Positions 11,901-24,300 of a stretch of DNA of 64,000 nucleotides are shown piece by piece (positions within the stretch are counted from its first letter, which is position 1; each line of letters opens with the position of its first letter). The stretch covers positions 4,252,760 to 4,316,759 of the forward strand of contig CM082576.2 of NCBI GenBank assembly GCA_040954595.2, in the 5' to 3' direction. The position numbers were made by a program, and so were the translations under genes. The notes under the pieces are model-generated. The model searched no databases. It was not told the DNA's origin and saw only the letters and a list, made by a program, of their open reading frames with translations. Origin of the DNA: Balanoglossus misakiensis. Its lineage: Eukaryota; Animalia; Hemichordata.

Positions 11901-14900
11901 AACCACTGCAGTGAATGCCCTGAAATAAATTTGTGGAAATTAATCTTATACATCAGTTTGTGTTACAGAGGACTACATCAATGCAAAGTAAAATTATGTT
12001 TGCCATATGTAAGAGAAATGTGAGGCACACACGCCAGTGCACAAGAAAATACCGTTGGTCATTGGGATGGGTAAGTGGGCGGAGGAAAACAGATGGTAGT
12101 TTAATAGTAATGACTGGCGTGGAATGAAAATTGGGCTGCGTTCGTCGACAAACGTGCTTGAACATACAAAATATCATAATCAGTTCATGCTAGATGCCTT
12201 CTGTGGCACACAGCGAGAGTAACCTTTAGGCATTTAATATCACATACTGTGGGGTACGTTTTTAGTGTGGTCCTACCAGAGTCTGCAAATAAAAGGAGCG
12301 TTGTCATTTTGTACACCCGGCATCAAATTTCTGTGATGTACACTTGTCACAGTTCTGGTCTAACATGTGTTTTGGTATCAGTGTATCGCATAGTGAGATG
12401 TGATTATATGCAAATGGAATAAACACACCAGTTGAATATGATGAGATATTGTTTTTAATCAGTTTTTGTAGTTTTTGAGTAAAACATAGTGAAAAGCACA
12501 TTATCCCTTGTATTACAATTGAGCTCGGCCCATATATGAAACTGAAGTTTAAAGAGTTGACTCAGTAATCATTAGTATTTATATAACAAAAGTATTCACA
12601 GGACAGGCATGCATGCTCCTAAAAGCGTTTCATCGTGGCTATACTGATGGAACAGTTTATATTAGCTTTTTTATTTTAAGTTCTATTTCCATTCCTTATT
12701 TCATTATTAGAACAGCTTAAAAAGTGCAATATACGCATATCATACCAGCCAGAGTTACTCTTTCTGAGAAAAATATAATCTTATTTTGAAATATCCATAT
12801 TAGACCTAAATATGGATCAATGCCCTTCGGAGAACCCAGAGCATTTTGCTTGCTGTGAGAACTGTGAAAACAGAAAGGGAATTGAATTATCCATTTGGGT
12901 TCACGAGGGGAAGTTGCCGTCTTTTGAAATGGTTCTGATTAATTTTATTTCACGCCAGAAATTATTTAAAGTTCCAGTCTTTTGAAATTAGTGTAATTGA
13001 CTTTATTTAATTGAGAAATTATTTGTGTCAATTTGCTTATGGGAACCATATTGAGTTGTTTATTGTCAAAGCTTGGGATACACTTCGACCCAGTTTTGAT
13101 AAAACATTGATAGCAAAGTGGGATGTGTTTGACAAAAATAGAATTCGTTTTGAAATTTAGTCTAACTAAAGTATAAAGCCCCATTTGGTCTCGAACCAGT
13201 TGTAACACAGGAAATGTGACAGCAGGATGATCATTACAGCAACACCGCTTTACCTGATGTGACCATAGAGGGCGCTATCCCAAAAAAATAATCAGGGTCT
13301 GTCACAAAAACATTCCCTTTTATCGAATTCCATCTTTGAGCGTAATTCTTGTATTTGTACATCTGATGATCTCGACTGCACATTCATAAAACCTGTTTCT
13401 GGACTGTGTGTTCACGTGAAATATTTCCCGCCCTGTGAAGACTTTATAGGCCACGATGATGTCATTTAGAAGTCACAGATAAACCACTTGGGGTGACGCT
13501 GATTGACTACTTCACTACATGGCTGAGAAGAAAAATAAAAGCAGAAAAAAAATTAATCCCAGGAGACATGTTAATAAGAGAGAAAAATCATATTCAAATT
13601 TCGTGTTTAATATGTATAGTTTAACGTCAACATTAATAATTAACAATCCCATGAATAATATCAATTTGGGATGTGATCAGGCAAGCATCGTGTACGAAAA
13701 CGCATTCATGGTGGAGATACCATATTGTTGATTGACACGCAGTATCTGACAAAGATTGCACCATTCTGGCAATGTTGATGCTCGTCTTCTGGGGATATCC
13801 TGCCAGCTGCAAATTGCATTGGATGTTGTCATGTCGACGGAACGTGTCCAGGCGGTGATGTTTTCAGATGAGCAGAAAGTGATTCTGTGATATATTGTTA
13901 TTATTGATGATGGTGGCTATCATCTATTTTATCGTGCTGTGAAATTACATACGTTTGGAGGGTGTAATTGGTTTGGCAATTCCATACCTGGAGAAACTGA
14001 AGTTTGCAGACAATGCTGGGTTTCAAAAGATAAACCAAACCCTTTGAATGAAAAAAAAATAACCAGTTTTTGTGTCCACACATTGGATTAATCTGCACTG
14101 CAGTGTAGTGAATCCGTATTTCAAATCAAACCCTGACAATTCTTTGATACGCTGAATTTTTCTGAAATCTGATAACAATATTACATGTTTGAATAATCAC
14201 AGACAATCATGAGAATTAAGGTTTTTTGTATGAATCTACGTCGTTACAGTTGCATTGTAGGAAACGTCAAGACGTTCTGTCACTGTGATGTTCAACACTG
14301 CCAACTGAAGAGTGTATTAAAAGTGAAATCGTTGGGAGATCAAAACAGCGCTGAGATTGCGAGTCATCGTTGTTCAGATGGCACAGTCAGATAATTACTT
14401 GATATCAATTCATATGGGATAACTGCAAGAGAGAAAAAACACATCCCACAGGTGAAATTTTGGATAATTGACATGCACCAATTACTTTGGGGGTGTACTG
14501 TACAGAAACAATTCAACTACCCGATGGGTTAGATAAGTTCTATCTGTCAAAGCACTTGACTTTCCATAATGTACTGTTTTCATAAAATAGGGTTGTGTCC
14601 ATTTTGAGAATGTTTGATTTTATACAGGTTCTGATTCTTTGATCAATATAAAACAATTTTTTAAAGTTAGGTAGTTTGATGTTTTACTTCTTTTGTTTAT
14701 TGCTTCTATTGTTTACCGAAATTAGCCTAGATTTACACCACTTAAGTTTCACTGACAGTAAACTTCAAAACGTCAGGTGGTATCACCTTTTTAGGTGAGG
14801 GGTCAAGTAGATTGGGAGACTTTAGAATCACAGGCATGAACCTGTGAAAATTTTTCCTTCATTGTCAGAGAAGCCATCATCGTAAATCAAGTGGTTTTAG

Positions 14901-15037
14901 GTCCGTAAAGTCTGTCCGTGGAGTGTTGCACTGGGCCTTGCTTAACGATTCGTCCACAGGACATTCAAGCCAATTTACTTTTATTGGCTAACCCCATGTG
15001 ATTTGTCGGGTCAAATGCCATTGAAGATAAAGTGAGT

Positions 15038-15058
15038 GGGGGGGGGGGGGGGGGGGGG
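15038..15058 (+). repeat. poly(G)21 tract
   Basis: Seen directly. Confidence 0.95.
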
Positions 15059-18000
15059 AATCCAACCATGGCTTTTCTTTGAAAAATTAGTCCACCTGAA
15101 AACCTGTGCTACAGCAAATGTTTCTCTTTCAAGGCCATGCTGATGATGCAGATATTGACCAAGAACTGAACTTTTTTAATTTCACAATTGTCCTTAAGGA
15201 TGTACCATCTACCTGTCAGAGAAAGAAGTTACTGTATCTTCCAGTAACATTTACCAGGGAACCGCCTTTAACAAGTTCAAGGGTTAGTGTCAGTGCAAGT
15301 ACATGTAGGTTTTATCACAGAGACTGGCAACATTATCAGAACTGTCTGTGCTTTACATGTACCGGTATGTGGTTCTGGTTCTTGTATTTTTCAATGTCCA
15401 ACATTCAGAATAAAGGCAAAAATGTCTTTTGATTAAAGGCAGTTTTTGACTTCAGTCTCTCTTCTTGAAGCTGCCCCTGCACCTTGACATGCTTTGAACT
15501 GCCAGAGTTGGGCGACCCAAAATAACCAGGCCCTCTAAAATGACTGACACAAATGATGACATGGGCGTGTGTGCAGCAAACATAACCCATTGATTGAATA
15601 GAAAACAGCGTGTCAACACCATGAATGCTATTCCAAACTCTTGAGAGTACAAGATAGATGAAGCCCTCCCGACAAGTCTTTGTTGAGCAACTTTAAATGA
15701 TCACCATATAATTGGACCAAGAATGTAACAGGGGTTCACTGAACTGCGGAATGGCTCCTTTAGTAAATGCCACAGCCGAGCTTGTTCAGACTGTTTGTGT
15801 GTATGTTTGTTCTGCTAGCTTGCATATTTAGGTCTTCAAATTCAATGGACCTATAATAACCTACATTTTGTTGTATCACCCGTACACTACAAAGACTCCC
15901 AGTGATTGAGTGATGTCACGTCATACTGTTACAGGGCTGTTACACTTCATATAACTGGAAAAGACACAGGATTATAATTAAAATAAAGACAAAAATCTGT
16001 AGTTGCTGTACTATTAGAAGCATATATTTTCCAGTCTGTGCAAAGACACTTTTAGTCTAGAACTACTAATAGTCACCCAGGAGACTTATCCTGAATTTAA
16101 TCCGTCATGGTGATCCTAATTTCACTATTTTTCCTCTTGGCATACATGGTTTTCATCCCTCAATAATGTCATTCTTTTCCCGAGACACTTTGTTCCCAAT
16201 ACGGAAACCTTGCCAAAAATGTCTCTGTGTTATACGTACAAAAATGTAGTTGCACCAACTACTGCCACCGTGCGTACATTAGTTCCATTCCCATCATGCC
16301 ATTCAAGTGTAAAGACTTCATTCGTGGGTATTCAAAGTTTATACAAAGCATGATGGGAAGGCTGTGCAGTGACGATCACAGACTGGGGTGCCAACTGTTT
16401 CCAGTGTTAGTGTGTAACCATAGATACGTACAAATAGCCTGCACATCCTCTGTTATGTGTATGTAATATCACATCAAAGAGACTGGCTGAGATGGTAGCA
16501 GTTTTCACCTGGATATTAGAAACTCAAGTATTTTGTTTATCTAACAGGTATACTTTCACATAGACATCGATAGGAAACCCAACCTCTACCTGCAAAATTA
16601 TCATGCACTTTAGGCAATGTGTCAATATTGATTTGACATTGTTTGATGTTCTGTGAATTACAACTTTCAGCGCAGCGTTTCTGGATAAATGTGTGCCATT
16701 TTACACTTCAGAAAGTTATTGAAAGCCCCAACAACGGACGAGAGTTCCTAAAAAGCCCATTGCTGTAAAATGACCCAATAATTGGTACATTTGATGTGTG
16801 CGCTGCTCGGAAAACTATAACCTGAGCCAGCTGACTTGTCAGTTACAAATCGGCAAAGCAAATATGCACCGACCGACTTCTGGATTTTATGCGTATATAC
16901 ATACATGGCGCAATATTTGTATTGATGGGTCGAGAAATTCGCGCAGACGAGATACAGAGAGACAGGGTATTATTTATAGCCATATCTGCTCCTCGGAGTG
17001 CAGGGTTGCCATGAATTGAATCTTTTATGAGTTCACAGCGCTTTATTTGCGGAAGCACTTATTGTTACAGCTAAACAAATAAAATAAAAGTAAAACAAGT
17101 ATATAGAGCAGCCAATGGAGCGATGCAGACATGTCTGTGCGTAAAAAAAGACGGCGTTGATACGCAACACGCTGAGTGTGTCCCCGCGCGTACGTACGGG
17201 CGGAAGGCCACGCCAGGGTTACCCTGCTGGAGATTGTTCAAATTGAAAACGCTGCCTGTCACGGTTGTTCATCACCCTTCACCGTGTTGTCACCAGCCAA
17301 TATAATGCGGCGCATTGTCAGCCCAGAGATTGGCACAAATCAGATTGACCCCAACATAAATTGCGCTGTAAAGCTCAGGGCATGGTGTGGGCCGCCCGAC
17401 TGGTTTACAAGTATTATGAACTTTAATGGAATTGAAATAAATAAATGATAATTCGGCGCTGAAGTGTCTCGATTCTCGGAAGGTTTGACTGGACTGCTCC
17501 CCAGGTATTTGTTACAACAGTGGCTGACGGCTATGTATTCTGTAACCACGACATGTGAAAGCATATTCTGCCAAGAATATTGGGCCATGGAGACAACAAA
17601 CAAGGCTCCCTGAGAATTGCGAATCGGCAAATTATGTCCATTTTAAAAATCCCTCCAATAAATTTTCTTACAGTGGAGTAGTTAACCTACAAAAAATGAT
17701 CAGAGGTGTCGGAATTGTACATTTGATCAAGATGATGTATATTTAGAGAATTTTGTTCCATGAATTTAATAAAGAATTCTCATAAGTATTGATTTAAATG
17801 TATATTTAAGTTATGAACATGGCTATAGTTTTTTAAAAAGTGTAATAATTTCTGCAGGTAGCATATCTTGTAAAAAAATGAATATTGTACTTTATATAAA
17901 TTTGATCAGTCCAGTCTCATGTGGAAGGGAATTACTGCAGAAGTGGTTGGCTGGAAATGTGACGACTAATTTCTCCATGGTTGTGTCAAAGCCTTCTGAC

Positions 18001-19962
18001 TCTATAGGGAGTGACATCAACATTTTTCACCTGGGCCAGGAAACGCACTCGCTTAAATCCCTTGATGGAAACTAAACGGACTCAAAAAGAATGTCAACCA
18101 ACTCAGAGTTAATGGAAATTGGTGCAAAAAAAAAGACTACTGTGTTTTACAAGGCTTGTGAAAGTATGGCCGTTCATCACCTTGGTAACACCATCCTTCA
18201 AAAAAAAAGAGGGAAAAATGAAAAGACAAATCAAGGTTGATCAGGGGGAAGAGATCTTCATCAAGCAAGACATCTTCGTGTCTTATCTAACTCTTAGCAG
18301 TGTCCCACTGTTCAACTCATTAATTGCCATTAAGTCAGGCTCCTTATTTGAAATGGGTACATATATCACAGCAAAAGGCCCGCTGTACCCCTCATCAAAG
18401 CATATAAATCTTGGTCTGACTGACAATCCAAGTAAACCCTACACACACTATCTTCCTTTCAGTCGAAGTTGTCATCAGACTTCTCTTCAATGAAATCGAT
18501 GAATTTGGATAATTGCACTGCAGGATGCGCTGATATTAAAACTTCATAACCCTGTTGTAAGACATTTATTACATTATCAATCAAAGCCACTCACAGTTTC
18601 TGTTTATTTTACAGTTTTAATTTCCATTTAGTTTTTTCATCATTTTTCATCTGCACTACCTGAAAAAACCTCTCAGTCAGACGTGAAAAATACAAGTTTT
18701 TATTTGCCACAAGCCCCCGTCTCCCTCCCCTAAACGTTCAGTGACTTTCCATTCTCATGATTTTAATTCTGAGGAAATGTGTCAGCAAGCAGAGATTATA
18801 ATATATCTTCCATGTACTTTCTTATCTTACAGAAACTACCAAAGGAATAGTCAGTAGTTATATTTTAATCACAAAGTCACATCTCATCAAATTTCTTGTA
18901 TCTCAATTGTATGGTTATTAGATATTTCTAATTAGGAAAAATTACAAATATTAAAAGTTGCATATATCATTTTTATGAACATTATTTCATGAGGGGAGAT
19001 AAACACATAAACCTAATTTATTTACTTTGAAAAAAACTGCTTGCTGCAGTTCAAATGGCCTGAGAAATCTGGGGACAAGTGGGTGAAGAGAGCCCTCTAG
19101 TGTCAAGTGTATTTATCCTCCTGGCCTGGCAGTGGACTTCACGGAAGAGAATTGTATTGAGGGCAGTGCAAAGAGTTTGGGATTTCCAGTTAAAACGACA
19201 CAAGACATAGTGACAAGATTCAGCGTTTAATTATTATAGCTGTTGAATCTTTTGTCTCATATATGTACCACTCTCTCAAAACAAAAGAAATAAAAAATTT
19301 AGGCAATCAAACCAAGCAAAATTTATAAATTTGTTAAATTAGATGTTGTTAGAAGGTTCAACAAATTAATCCCAGCTTCCCTTTTTCAACTTTTGATGAC
19401 AAGAGCCCTCTTGAGTTCAATTTTCTTTGATTCCACTTGAATGAGTGCCTGCGATATTTTCCCTGTTTATCCATGCTACTCACTTTACTCTATGACTGCT
19501 CTCACAAGTCACAAATATATCATTCAACAAAGATTTACTCTCCAATAACTGTGAGCAAAGTTGTATAACTGTATGTAGAAAGAGTTGTGGTTGTCACAAA
19601 GATATGTCAATCTTCTCCTCGTTTTGCGAGAGACGTACAGGATAAAAAAAATTGAAACTTTCCCCAGAGTGTGATATTAGACTAACACATGAGATGCAAA
19701 CAAGTATTTTTTCTGTTGTACAATAGAATCCCATTAGGGCCTGTTTCAATCACATCCTGGCGAATCCGGTATAATGCAAGTCTGCATCTCCTGTGTAGGA
19801 AACAACACAGTCACTAACTACCACGTCACCTTTTCTCCACCGAATAGCTCACTCCGGGACGTCGGTTTTGCAAAGCCCAGCATGGCCACTGCACATTGCC
19901 TCTGCCGGGGGAAATTCACCCACAATCAGTTTTTCACAAATGGCTTTATCACCAACGTTTCC

Positions 19963-20007
19963 AGAAGGAGAGTGAGAGAACGAGAGAGAGAGAGAAAGAA
20001 AAAGAGA
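19963..20007 (+). repeat. Interrupted (GA)n purine-rich tract
   Basis: agaaggagagtgagagaacgagagagagagagaaagaaaaagaga. Confidence 0.8.
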
Positions 20008-22784
20008 CGCTTGGTCCAATCACACCGACAACATTCCCAGCAATGCATTATTCCATTTCCTTAATTTCACCGTATATTGCATCAATTATCCAGCCTTGAA
20101 TCTCGGCATTAGAAGGAACATAACGCGTCTGCTCAAACTACCGCCATTTGAGACAAATTGAACTCAAAACGAAAAAAAAAGGGGGACATGCTACCTGGTA
20201 ATAAGTTTGTTACACGGGCAATATAAGTGAAATGGTCACAGGATTCAATCGGAGTGGAAATAAGAGTGTAATGAGATGGTGAGAGAAATGTTGCGAACAA
20301 TGGCATCATTTCTCGTCCGGCTGTACCCGGCGTTCTAACACCTCCCCTAACAGGATGCCGTCATAACTCAGTCATAAAACGGTGCGCCCAAGTGCCATCA
20401 CCTCCTTATCGGATGCTAATTGACTTTCTACAAAGTGCAAGTGACTGTTCTAATTTGAAAGTACACTTTTCAGGACGTGGAAAAGTCCAAATGAGGACTT
20501 TCAGTGTGGCGTGGTCATATTCATGTACACAGCTTCCGGGTGGGGGAGGGACGTGTGCTGGAACATATTGGAGATGTGTCATTCACAGTGCGATGTGCAC
20601 TGCACCGTTCCGCGGTCCAATTGGCTTTTTTGTCGGATGATCTCGGAATCACTTCTGTTTTGCACTTGCAGACTACTGGAACCTGTGTCCATTCAGAATG
20701 ATAGTCAGCAGTGACAGTGTCGAACACAGTTTATCACATAATGGGCATTTATTAGGGAATCACTTTTTACGTTGACATCATCTTCGTAGACTTCGTACAA
20801 GTTAGAATGCCGTGGGCATATGACAAGATTTTTTAGGCTCAGAGAAAAGAGTTCTGTAAATCATTGTGAGATTATCATTTCCCCAACAAGACTGACACTA
20901 TAGTACCCAGAAAGAGTAAGACCAGATGCAAGTCTTGCTGAAGCCATGTTGTATACCCCCTGCAGAGCTGGTCAAACATGCCTGTATACAGAGAGGGCAG
21001 AGGTCACTCCTACCCAGACAGATTATGACCTGAGAAAAGAGGTCAGGGACTTAACTGGCCATCACAGCATTTACTCAGCGCTTTCACATGTAAATGTCCA
21101 GGGCAGCTAAGCAGCTGTTCTGAAAAACCTTACGACCTTTTTAGACTCCAGCTCCCCACAAATGTTGACTCTTCAGATCAAGTTTGGCGGGACGTTTGAT
21201 GAGGGATTTGAAAAAAAAAACAGAAATTTTAGCTGCGGTTTTAATTTATTGAAAACGACACAAGAATGCCAATGTACATTCCGTATTTCACTTAACTTCC
21301 ACTACTGGAACCATATTTGAAGAAAAAACAAGAATTACATTTCTTATTGGCCGATATAAGAATGTAATTTCATCAGCTCTGTTCATTGTTTATTTTGTAA
21401 ATCTGAGAGTTAGATTTCTCTGGAAAGAACAAAACTGAAACTTTTTTGATTCTTGAATATTCACATATGATGTTGGTAAAAACTATCCAGCTAGTTCTGG
21501 TATTATGTACGTTGTATCTTTTAAACCAGTTAAGCGAATGCTTCTTCTTTTTGCCTTTTGATAACTGTGGTCTGCAGCCTGATTAAAACAAGTTTTAAAT
21601 AACAAATAGTTGTGGTGGCAGCTCATCGTAATGAGTTGAATGAAATTACCATCACCAAGAAGTTAAAGAGAATACTACATAAAAGATATACCTTCAGGGG
21701 ATGTGTTAGGAGGACAGCGATTTATTAGCCGACAGATAAGATAAAATGGCAATTTATTTTTTTCCTCCAAAAAATCAACTACCACTGATCTTATCGGAGT
21801 GGAGACGATGAGAAAATGATGGATTGCCGACTTGGCAGTGAAATTAAAACACCTAAATTTCTGTAAGAGTTGCATCAGTGAAAGGGGGTCAACTTTGCGA
21901 CGTTGCACGTTATGCAAAGTGGGATAAAGGAAAAAAATTGCTGTATCACAACGGTAGAAGGTGGCAAACTTTGTAAAGGTTCATTTATTCAACTGACAGA
22001 AACTCTTGGTGATGTACAGTGAGGCAAAATATGTTATTTGAGTGTGGCATCTCTTGTCGAAGGCAGTCCAAGGTGCACTATGCATCAGTGGTGTTGTGAT
22101 GATGATTGTGTGATTAAAATAGAGAAAATTATACTGGTATCCATATAGCGAGGAGGAGAATGGTTTCGCTTTACCAAGGATCGTACAATTTTATGTAAAA
22201 ACAGGTCAACTAATGGATCAACCTGAGTGTCCACCTCATCCGCGTTTCTGTTTAAACAGAAGTTTCGTGCACATATTGACCATTCATCTGATGAAAGACC
22301 ACTGCAAATGCAACAGACTTGACAGTTCAATAGATGTTTGGTGCTGGCATACATGTACTTGTGAGACAGTGACAGACTGACAGAAACAGACACACACACA
22401 GAACACTATTGACACTTATATACTGTTCAGTTCTATGTTAACCACTGAGTGGTAGAAATGATGAGTATTTGAATTCATTCTTTTCTCTCTTCTGATCTGG
22501 TTTGATACTTTTTCTATCAAGCATTTTTATGTGGATTATAAATTTAGGAAATCACATAAACTTTCACATAAAGTTAGTCTCTATAATAAATTATTGTTTT
22601 TGGATTCTGTATTTCAAAACTACTACTCTGCACACACCGATGTATGTACATCCAATTTCCTAGTAAAGTTTTTCCAAAAAGTTTGCATTTATTTCTGCAG
22701 TAAACAATTACCAAGATGAATGGTTTCCTTATACTACTTGATGTGTCTGCAGTTCTTAACAGAATTGAGCAGGTAATTGGAGGC

Positions 22785-22877
22785 TGTCTCCCCTATTCAT
22801 AGAAAAATGGAATGACTCGCCAAAGAAAACAATCAGATGGTTCTAAGATAAGATGAACATGGGGGTGAAGAGGTTAA
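22785..22877. mobile_element. Possible degenerate second copy of the TTAA MITE
   Basis: Ends in ATGGGGGTGAAGAGG-TTAA, like the 46418 element, and contains agaaaacaat, the reverse complement of the internal attgttttct of that element. The other end is not recognisable. Confidence 0.35.
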
Positions 22878-23017
22878 TGGTTATGTATGATATGCTTTGA
22901 GAAAATGTAGTACAGAGTAAAAGCATCCGCAGTGCATTACAGGAGACCATTTCGCTCGAACCTAAGTACCCTTACGAAAAAATAAGGCTTCTGGCGAACA
23001 GTTGTGGTAAACTTACC

Positions 23018-23319
23018 GCAACTTTGCGGCACATATACCGCAGCTGTTTGCGGCGCACGCGCGGCTAATGCATATTTTCGCATGCAAATGAGCTGTTGCG
23101 GCGCACAGTTGCGGTAAACATACCGCAACTTTGTGGCACATATGCGGCACGTATGCCAAAACAGGGGTTTGCGGCGTACATGCCGCAAATTCTGCCCTTT
23201 GCAACTTTGCGGCGCATATACCGCAACTGTTTGCGGCGCACGCGCGGCTAATGCATATTTTCGCATGCAAATGAGCTGTTGCGGCGAACAGTTGCGGTAA
23301 ACATACCGCAACTTTGTGG
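23018..23319. repeat. Direct repeat (~118 bp x2, period 183 bp) in the left arm of the transposon
   Basis: gcaactttgcggc...ctaatgcatattttcgcatgcaaatgagctgttgcggcg...ccgcaactttgtgg starts at 23018 and again at 23201 with only a few mismatches. Confidence 0.9.
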
Positions 23320-24079
23320 GTTTGCGGCGTATATGCCGCAAATTATGACCTCTTGTTAATACATGTAATTAATCCCTACTGTGGCCCCTTCTTAGCTACC
23401 AGCCACCCGTGAAAAGAATTGCCAATCTATCCATTCTGTTCTGAAGTTTGCATACTTCACAGTACAATGTACATGTATCTTGGTTCAGCAAATCTTAATT
23501 CTCATGTGAATTTGGTGTGTCATATTCATACATGTACTTCCCATAAGGAGAGTTATCCCAAGTATATTCAACAGGCTTAGACAAAACATCCTTTCTTTGT
23601 TAAATTGTGACCCTCATTGTTTATTTCGACAGCAGGCATTATTTTATAGTTATCTCAAGTGATTCAACTACCACAGAAACCAACAAAATTTAGAAAACTC
23701 ACCCAGCTGTATACATGTCATTGCAATGTTCTTGTCTCAAGTGTCCTCTTACTGGTATAAATTGTCTTGGATCAACACCAGAGTTTTTCTTTTGCAGACA
23801 CTTTTCCATTTAGTCTGACTTTTAGTACAAGATTATGACATCATCCTCAGGAAATTGTTCAAACTACTGACCTCTGGTAATGCACAAATATCGCTACCAC
23901 AGTATTCAAGTGAAGCAGCTTCCAACTGTATGGATTGGTGACATCAAATTCATGGTTTTTGATGGGCACAGTGACTACAGTGTAACCTTACACAATCAAA
24001 ATGTCCGCCTAAATGAAACCAGCCTCATTCTCGTTTCTGCACATGTCACCAAAAAGTAATTATAACCAGCTGCATATTC

Positions 24080-24300
24080 AAACTCTGTTTTACTAGAACG
24101 TTCTGGCATATATACCGCAACCGTGCCGCAACAGACTCCACTGATCACCAGATAATATCAAACTCCCTGTTTACTTTACTTTTGCGGCATATGCGCCGCA
24201 AAAGGCTCCACTGATCACCAGTAGTACAAGACACTCTGTGTTTACTTAAATGTTGCGGCATACGTGCCGCAAAAGTCTTGACTGATCGCCAGAAGTGTGC
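24080..24300. repeat. Degenerate ~70-bp tandem repeat (x3) in the right arm of the transposon
   Basis: actgatcRccag recurs at ~24140, 24210 and 24281, each preceded by gccgcaa (e.g. palindrome ttgcggcatacgtgccgcaa, 24253-72). Confidence 0.8.

Noticed and set aside
22937-23341. Track ORFs of 134 aa and 85 aa with internal repeats, and similar ORFs at 24246-24583
   Set aside because: They are translations of the GC-rich subterminal repeats of the transposon and show no transposase or other domain.
24080-24300. Palindromic repeats at ~70-bp spacing resembling a CRISPR array
   Set aside because: Eukaryotic context, degenerate units, intervening segments similar to each other, no cas genes, and located within transposon termini.
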